A DNA stretch of 63,997 nucleotides, the filler included, from Malassezia furfur (Eukaryota), in the NCBI GenBank assembly GCA_052055015.1. It is 4 parts of 4 records of this genome, joined end to end, with 100 filler letters (N's around TTAATTAATTAA, not from the genome) between each part and the next. Parts side by side here need not be neighbours in the genome. Positions count along the whole stretch, not along the records: positions 48,401 to 63,997 come from JBQJIT010000265.1; 3 more parts are not named here. The stretch is one strand, 5' to 3'. Both the position numbers and the translations under genes were made by a program. Positions 57,455 through 63,997 of this stretch are shown piece after piece; positions within the stretch are counted from its first letter, which is position 1, and the number at the start of each line of letters is the position of its first letter. The notes beneath the pieces were generated by a model. The model searched no databases and was not told the DNA's origin. It saw only the letters and a list, made by a program, of their open reading frames with translations.

Positions 57455-58743
57455 ATGTCACTCGAGGCGCAGGCCCGCCGCGTGGCCGGCCTGCCGTCCC
57501 TACCCCCAGAAATTCTACAACAAGTGGTAGAGTACCTGTCCGTGCCAGCGTCTGAGGGCGATCCGGGTGCCATTCGTGCACTGCTGCGGCTCTCGGTCGT
57601 GTCGCAGACGATGCGCGTGTGGGCACTCGACGCGCTGTACCGCATCCTCGTACTCCCGCGGCATGTCCGCGACTTTCGCAAATGGTACAATCGTATGCGC
57701 ACTTCCTCACCACCGTTTCCGTGCGCGGGATACGTGCGTGGCATATTCTTTGGGATCGATGACGTACGTCTACCCCTCGTCTCACCCAGATCACACGACT
57801 CACGGCCGCATCCGCGGGCTGGGAATCCGAGATGCTGCGTCTGCTCCACTACTGCGGTGCAACGGTCGAGTACTTGTCTCTGTGGCAGACCGAGTCGCGT
57901 GCGCTCCTGCGCGACGCGGCGCAGGTGCGTCGCGAGGGGTCGTCGCAGCCTATCTGGGCCATTGGTGAGCAGCCACTCATGGGCGACGAGCCCGACGAGC
58001 CCATGTACCCGCCTGTCGACCCCAACGACATTCCGCGGTGGCTTCGCTCCGAGCTCGAGCATGCGCCGACCGACCAGGTGGCCAAGCAACACCTGGCACA
58101 TTTTCCCTTTGCCCCCCGCACCAACACCGCCGAGTGGTGGCGCGCGCGGCCGCGGCCACGCGCGTGTACGCCGCGCTTCCTGAGCATGGTGATGAGCTAT
58201 CCCTTTTATGAAAATGAGCGGCCGGAACTCTTTTCCAACATGATCATCTGGTCGCGGGTCGAGGAGCTCGACATGTACATTTCGTCCGATGTGCCCAAGT
58301 CGCTTCTGCTCTTGGCGCAGCTCGGCCATACCCTCATCCGGCGCTTGCGTATCTCGACGTCGCATGCCTCGCTTGCGATCGAGACGAATGGCACAGGCGC
58401 CGCACAGTACACCAACGCATGCGCTGCGTTACATACCCTTGTTTCCTCAAAAGACCTGGCGCAGGCGCTGGTGCACGAGTTTGCAGGCCGCTTCATCCAC
58501 GAGCCCACCGTGCTCGAGACGGCGTGTCTGCGCTGCCTAGAGGGCGAGACACCCGCACCGCCCACCGAGTCGTCTACGCAGCTTGCTGCCGAGCACGCGG
58601 CACGCCGCAAGCGGCTTGCGATGCGCCTGTCGCTCACGCAGGGCAACCAGGCCATCTGGGGCAAGCTCAAGCACCGGCAGTGGGACTTCCGGGAGCGTGC
58701 GCAATTCCACCGCGAAGGGGCGTGGTCATTGCTTCTCCGCTAA
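57455..58743 (+). CDS. F-box-like protein
   Basis: N-terminal LPSLPPEILQQVVEYL...LSVVSQ; 26-nt intron joins the two ORFs. Confidence 0.6.
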
Positions 58744-58767
58744 TGCTATTGCTGTAGAATACTATAC

Positions 58768-60591
58768 CTAGACCAGCGAGCTGGCCATCTGACTCAGCGC
58801 TGCGCCCTGCTCCGGGTAGTTGCGGATGAACTGCAGCTGCGCACGCGAAGCGTGCTCGTATGTGATGGCGTTCACCAGCTCGGCCTCGGTGCGTGCAATC
58901 TCCGCCGAGCGGCGGAAGTACTCGATAGCCTCGGGGATCTTGCTCTGCTGCAGGCTGAGCTGCGCCAGCGTCGCGAGGGCCACGTCGCAGTCGGGGTCGA
59001 TCTCGAGCGCCTTGCGGCACAGCTCCTCGGCGCCGGTCAGGTCCTGCTTCCACTGGAAGAGGACGAGCGCCTTGTTGATCATCGCGAGCACGTTGGTGCT
59101 CTTCGGGTCGGCGCGCTCCAGCTCGATGCTCTTGTCGAAGTTGGCGATGGCATCTTCGTGGCGCTGCTGGTCGAGGAGCAGCTCACCGTAGTAGTTGTAC
59201 GCCTCGGACGCCTCCGAGAAGGCCTTAAGGATGCGGCGGAACTCGGCGGTGCTCTTGGCGACATGGCCAAGCTTGTAGTTGGCCACGGCGTGCTGCACCT
59301 GCGAGAAAATAAACTTGTCGTCGAGCTGCGTCGACTTTTCGTAGTCGGCAATCGCCGCGTCAAAGTCGCCGAGGATAAAGTTGACCTGGCCGCGGTGGTA
59401 GTAAATGTCGGGGTCGTTGGCGTCGGCCTGGATCGCACGGTCAAAGTCGCGGAACGCCTCGTCCTTGTCGCCCAGCTCCATGTGGACGCTGGCCTTCTTC
59501 ACCCAGCTCTGCACGTAGTCGGGCACGAGCTCCGTGCTCTTGTTGAAGTCAGCGAGCGCCTTGTCCGCCAGACCGATCACGAAGTAGAACGTGCCGCGCA
59601 TGTTGTAGGCGTTCGCCTCGAGCTCGGGCGTGCTGAGACCCTGCTCGATGGCCTCGCCGAAGAGCGTCAGGGCGTGCGCATAGTCGCGGGCCTGCAGCGC
59701 CTCGTACGCCTTCTTCAGCGCCGCGTCGCCCTTCTGCGCATCGTCGGGGATCGCAGGCGGCGCCTTGGGGCGGAACGCCTCCAGGTACGCCGTGACAAAC
59801 GTCGGCGAGGGCAGGCGCGGCTCGCGCGTCTTGAGCATCAGCTGCGCCTTGCCCGACGCGAGCTTCTTGAGCACGCGCTCGACGCTCGCGGTCGCCGTCG
59901 TGTCACGGAAGTGGCCGAGGATGGCGACCGCCGTGAAGTCGCCCAGGCTCTGCTCGAGGAAGGTGCGTGCCTCGTCGCCCTCCTTGCCCTCGGCGTCGGC
60001 CTTCTCGCCGAGCTGCTCAGCAGCAACCGCACGCCGGTTGAGCGCCTTGACGTATGTGCGGTCGATCTTGAGCGCCTCGTTGCAGTCGTTGATCACCTCC
60101 TGCGGCTTGCCGAGGTTGGCGTAGCACGCGGCACGGTTGCTAAAGAACACGGCCGAGGGCCACGCGGCAATCGCCTTGGTGTAGTGCGCAATGGCCTCCT
60201 CGTACTTCTTCGAGGAGTACGCCTTGTTGCCCAGGCCCTTGAGGTGCTGCGCGACGCTCTCACGGCGGTCGTTCGGGAGACGCTGCAGCTCGGCGGCGTC
60301 GAGATGCGCGAGGTGCTCGTCCTCGGCATCGTCGAGCAGCGGGCCGTCAGGCTTCTCGACCGAAGACGACTTGGTCTTCTTCGCCTTCTTGGAGCGCTTC
60401 TTCTTCGAGGCCGCAGTGGACTTTTCGCTATCGTCCGTGCTCGGCGGCTTGCGTCCGGCTGGTGGCGCATTGGCGTAGTAATACACGCCCGCGGCACTTG
60501 CCACCGTGGCTGCCGCCGCCAGTGCGACGACCGCAACGCGGTTTTCTTGCACAAATCGAACCAAGCGATTTGCGGATCCTTGGCTTGCCAT
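58768..60591 (-). CDS. TOM70: Mitochondrial import receptor Tom70
   Basis: N-terminal anchor (AAAATVASAAGVYYY), LKGLGNKAY, FFSNRAACY, multiple TPRs (DIYYHRGQVNFI). Confidence 0.95.
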   Translation of the reverse strand: MASQGSANRLVRFVQENRVAVVALAAAATVASAAGVYYYANAPPAGRKPPSTDDSEKSTAASKKKRSKKAKKTKSSSVEKPDGPLLDDAEDEHLAHLDAAELQRLPNDRRESVAQHLKGLGNKAYSSKKYEEAIAHYTKAIAAWPSAVFFSNRAACYANLGKPQEVINDCNEALKIDRTYVKALNRRAVAAEQLGEKADAEGKEGDEARTFLEQSLGDFTAVAILGHFRDTTATASVERVLKKLASGKAQLMLKTREPRLPSPTFVTAYLEAFRPKAPPAIPDDAQKGDAALKKAYEALQARDYAHALTLFGEAIEQGLSTPELEANAYNMRGTFYFVIGLADKALADFNKSTELVPDYVQSWVKKASVHMELGDKDEAFRDFDRAIQADANDPDIYYHRGQVNFILGDFDAAIADYEKSTQLDDKFIFSQVQHAVANYKLGHVAKSTAEFRRILKAFSEASEAYNYYGELLLDQQRHEDAIANFDKSIELERADPKSTNVLAMINKALVLFQWKQDLTGAEELCRKALEIDPDCDVALATLAQLSLQQSKIPEAIEYFRRSAEIARTEAELVNAITYEHASRAQLQFIRNYPEQGAALSQMASSLV

Positions 60592-60709
60592 TCTTCCAGC
60601 AACAGGTTGAAGAAGCAAACCGTGCGGCTTCGCTTCGCTCCGCCGCCCCCCGGACCGCTCACGTGACGAGCACGGCCGAGCGTGCGTGCGCGTCGTCACC
60701 CAAATCGCC

Positions 60710-61012
60710 ATGGCGGACGAACAGACGGTGCCAAAGCCGGAAGCGCCTGAGCAACTCAACATCAAGGTCAAGGATGCCGATGGCAACGAGGTGTTCTTCA
60801 AGGTGAAGCGCACCACGAAGCTTTCGAAGCTGAAGCGCGCCTACGCGGAGCGGATGGGCAAGCCCGAGAACAGCGTCCGGTTCATCTTCGACGGCCAGCG
60901 CATTGGCGACGACGACACGGCCGACTCGGTACGTGCATGCACTCTGACGCAGCTTGACATGAACGACCAAGACGAGATCGATGCGATGATCGAGCAGCTG
61001 GGTGGTTGGTAG
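60710..61012 (+). CDS. SMT3: SUMO
   Basis: LNIKVKD..GNEVFFKVKRTT, RFIFDGQRI, EQLGG-W*; in-frame 24-nt intron 60929-60952. Confidence 0.96.
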   Translation: MADEQTVPKPEAPEQLNIKVKDADGNEVFFKVKRTTKLSKLKRAYAERMGKPENSVRFIFDGQRIGDDDTADSVRACTLTQLDMNDQDEIDAMIEQLGGW

Positions 61013-61013
61013 T

Positions 61014-62127
61014 CTACAAAATTTGGTCCAGGACACGGTCCATCTGTGGATCCGCGGCGGCCGAAGGTGTGCGCTGCGCCGCGCGTTGGTCGCGCACGTC
61101 GCGGTACACGGGGGCACGCTGCTGGAATTCGAAAGTGGACGACGCCGGCTCCTGCGGCAGCCCACGCTTCGCGCGCTTCGCCTCCTTGTCGCGCTGGATG
61201 CGCGAGCGCTCGACTTTGCGCAGGTAGTCGCGCTGCTCGTGCGCCGACTGCGCCAGCTCCATGCGCAGACGCGCAGCGTGTGCGGCACGCTCGTGTGCTG
61301 GGTGAGTGTGGCAGAAACGTACACATTTGCTCGATGAGCATCGGCCACCGGAACCCTTTCAGGTACTTCATCGTCCAGATGTCGTCTTTCCACCGGTTTG
61401 CCACGCGCGAGCCGGTTTGCGACCGGCGCGAGGAGTGTGCACTCGCGCCGAGCGACCCGATCGGCTGGGCGTTCATCATCTCGGCGGCCGTCTTGGCGAC
61501 CCGCTTGGACAGATACTCGACCCAGCCCTCGGAAAAGTTGGCCGTAGTCCGCTTACGCTTCTGTGCACCTTTGGGCTCCTTGTCCTTGGGCTGCAGGTAG
61601 ATGCGACCCACTTCGCCAAACTGCGAAAAGATGTGTCGCACCTTGGCCGGCGTCATGCCGGGCGGGATGCGGCTCACGTAGACAATCCCGCGCTTCTGCT
61701 GCTTGTTTGCGTACTCTTTCAGCGATTCCGGCGTGAGCACGCGCTGGCGAGCATGCTCGCTGTCGTGCAGGTCGTGTGCGTCGTCGTCGCTCGCGCCCGC
61801 CCTATCCTGCTCTTGGTCGCTGGCCGCACCTTGGTCGCTACCAGCATCATCGTAGGCGTCTTCGGGTGCGTCGTCATCGTCCGTCATGGCATCATCCTCA
61901 TGCGCGTCGTCGTTCGCCGATGCGTCGCCGTCCTCCGAAGCACTGCCGTCATCGGCGTCGCTTTCGAGTTGCTCCTCGACCTCGCTCGGCTCCTCCTCCG
62001 GGGTAACCTCGCGCTTCGCGCGCTTTTTCTTTCCCGAGCTCTCTGTCTTGCGCGACGATGCGCGCTTCGGCTCGTCCCACTTGGACAGGTCGAACCGCGC
62101 GTCGCGCACAGGCGCAGGTCGGACCAT
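61014..62127 (-). CDS. ESF2: Pre-rRNA processing protein Esf2/ABT1
   Basis: Acidic N-terminus, [33 protein letters not shown]; one short intron near 61298-61322. Confidence 0.92.
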
Positions 62128-62181
62128 CAAAAAAAGAAAGGTACCTCCACGTGGAAAAAAATTGGTTGCCACTCGACCACA

Positions 62182-62458
62182 ATGCCGCTGTCGTTCTACG
62201 ATGAAATCGAGCTCGAGGACATGGAGTTCGACGAGGCGAAGCAGGTCTTCCACTACCCGTGTCCGTGTGGTGACCGCTTCGAGATCACACCCGCGCAGCT
62301 GCGGGACGAGGAGGACATTGCACGGTGTCCCAGCTGCACTCTGATCATCCGCGTGATCTATGATCCGGTACGTCTGCGTCGCGCTGACCCAGCTCGATCT
62401 GCTCGATGATGACGCTGCGCCGCCTGCGGCCGCGCCCAGCATCGCCGCTTCGGCGTGA
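62182..62458 (+). CDS. DPH3: Diphthamide biosynthesis protein Dph3/Kti11 (CSL zinc finger)
   Basis: [34 protein letters not shown]; 25-nt intron 62368-62392. Confidence 0.95.
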
Positions 62459-62506
62459 TGTGTTTATATACCCTTCGAATTTGTTCGATCCATTTCGTTG
62501 TACTAT

Positions 62507-63997
62507 TTACGCGGGGAACCGCCCAGGCAAATCTTCCTCGTCCGGCACCTCTTCGACGCTGGCACTCGGCACACGCCTGTGCGAAGCGCGCGTGCTCGAG
62601 GTGGACGGAGGTGCGTCCGTAGCTTCACGGGTCGTAGAGGCATTCGCGCTGTGCATGGACGAACGCGAGGTGTCCCTGTTGACCACACGCACGACGCTGC
62701 TCGACTTGGGCACCGTCATGGTCGGCATCGGAATTTCGTCCGTGTCCGACTCGTCGTCGCTCAGCTCTGTACGCTGTGGCGGCGTCGACGAGGCGGCGGC
62801 GGTCGTACCGACCAGCCCCTTGGGCTCGTGCACCGGCCCCTCGGGCTGTGCCTGCACGTCAAGCGGCGCCGCGTCGACCGCACCGACGCTCGTGGCCTGC
62901 GACGCACTCTTGGGCACGCCATGCGACTTGAAGCCCGCAAGCGAGCTGCGCAGCGAGTCGCTTGACTTCATCGACTGCCATGGGTTGCCGACGCCAGGCA
63001 GCGCCGGACGCACGGTGGTGTCGGCCAAGTCGCCCGAACGCGCGCTCGGCAGCGCCATGAACGGATTGCCGCGCGACGGCGGGCGGCTCGTGTTCGACGG
63101 CTGGCTGCTGCGGCTCGACGACGCAGGGATCGACTTGGCCTGTGCGAGCGACGACGAAGACGACGACGGCGCAAACCCGGCGAGCGGGCGGTCAGTGCCT
63201 GGGAACGGCGCAGTGGGCGACGTAGCGACAGGTGCGAGGGAAGGGAGGTGGGCCTTCATGGGTGGGCGCGCGGTGGCGGGCGCAGGAACTGCTGCGGGCG
63301 CAGGAGCTGTCGCAGGCGCAGGAGCTGCCGCGGGCGCAGCGCGCTCTGCCCGTGCGGCCTGCCCCACCGGCGCGGCCCGCTCCGTGGGCGCCGAGGCGGC
63401 GGGCTCGTTCCGCGAGACGGATGCGTCGCCCTCGGTCACCGACGCGTAGCCCGACGAGGTCGGCGCATACCCGCTGTCCTCGGCGTTGAACGGCATCGTC
63501 TCGAGCGCAAGGCCCGCGCGGAAGAAGGCCTCCTCGTCGGGGTCGTCGAGGTTCGGCATAAACTGCCCGGCCGGCGCCATGGGCGTCGCAAACGCATCGG
63601 GCTCCGCACGGCGCACGGGCTCCGACGCGAGGTTGCGACTCAGACGGTAGTAGAGCGGCTCGACGCTCGAGGTGCGTACCGACGTGGTGCTTTCCTCGAG
63701 CATCGAGTCGTATGCGGGCGCCGGTGCCTCGAACGACGTCGTGGTCGCCTCGACGTAGAGCGACACGTCGCCCTCGGAGCTCTGCGCAGTCATCACGGGC
63801 GCAGGCGCCGGCACCGGCACCGGCGCGGCGGCGTCCCGCGACCGGTCAAACGACGACGACTCCTCGGGGATCATGGCCGGCACTTCGGTGTCCGTGCGCC
63901 CCCCCGAGCTCGGAGGGCCACGTGCGGCGACCGGCGACCACGGCAGCGACAGCGACGACACGCCCGACACGCCCGACAGGCCCGACAGCGCCGGCGC
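62507..63997 (-). CDS. Low-complexity Ser/Pro/Ala-rich protein, 5' end outside window
   Basis: Open frame to window edge; no domain recognised. Confidence 0.6.
   Translation of the reverse strand, partial: APALSGLSGVSGVSSLSLPWSPVAARGPPSSGGRTDTEVPAMIPEESSSFDRSRDAAAPVPVPAPAPVMTAQSSEGDVSLYVEATTTSFEAPAPAYDSMLEESTTSVRTSSVEPLYYRLSRNLASEPVRRAEPDAFATPMAPAGQFMPNLDDPDEEAFFRAGLALETMPFNAEDSGYAPTSSGYASVTEGDASVSRNEPAASAPTERAAPVGQAARAERAAPAAAPAPATAPAPAAVPAPATARPPMKAHLPSLAPVATSPTAPFPGTDRPLAGFAPSSSSSSLAQAKSIPASSSRSSQPSNTSRPPSRGNPFMALPSARSGDLADTTVRPALPGVGNPWQSMKSSDSLRSSLAGFKSHGVPKSASQATSVGAVDAAPLDVQAQPEGPVHEPKGLVGTTAAASSTPPQRTELSDDESDTDEIPMPTMTVPKSSSVVRVVNRDTSRSSMHSANASTTREATDAPPSTSSTRASHRRVPSASVEEVPDEEDLPGRFPA

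Overview
Eukaryotic, GC-rich, extremely compact fungal DNA. Gene content, gene density and intron style are most consistent with a Malassezia-like basidiomycete yeast (inference). It holds about 37 protein-coding genes, mostly housekeeping: POLD3/Cdc27, DBP5, DENND6, bL35m, two Sec14 proteins, ATP19, RPL32/RPL16, NIPA, PLC1, Stm1, SMC2, DNA ligase I, STE24, mito EF-G, AGGF1-like, SPT3, cPLA2, Sec39, BTA1, AP-3 delta, GATase, RRP46, TIM54, TRM9, MTAP, AGC1-like carrier, HSP60/HSP10, mago nashi, EOS1, F-box, TOM70, SUMO, ESF2 and DPH3. There are three tRNA genes and three artificial N44-TTAATTAATTAA-N44 contig spacers. Many genes are split by ultra-short GT-AG introns (mostly 22-28 nt, apparent floor 22 nt), which the ORF track misses. 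Most notable: (1) the tiny-intron regime, with the longest clear introns folding into hairpins; (2) a tandem STE24 paralogue with an intact frame but none of the zinc ligands; (3) a structured intergenic ncRNA candidate at about 8.95-9.18 kb; (4) SMC2 split in opposite orientations across two gaps, implying a mis-oriented scaffold block; (5) readable regulatory elements (step-type HSEs, MCB array, recurring CACGTG) in very short divergent promoters. All calls are by eye; no database search was run.
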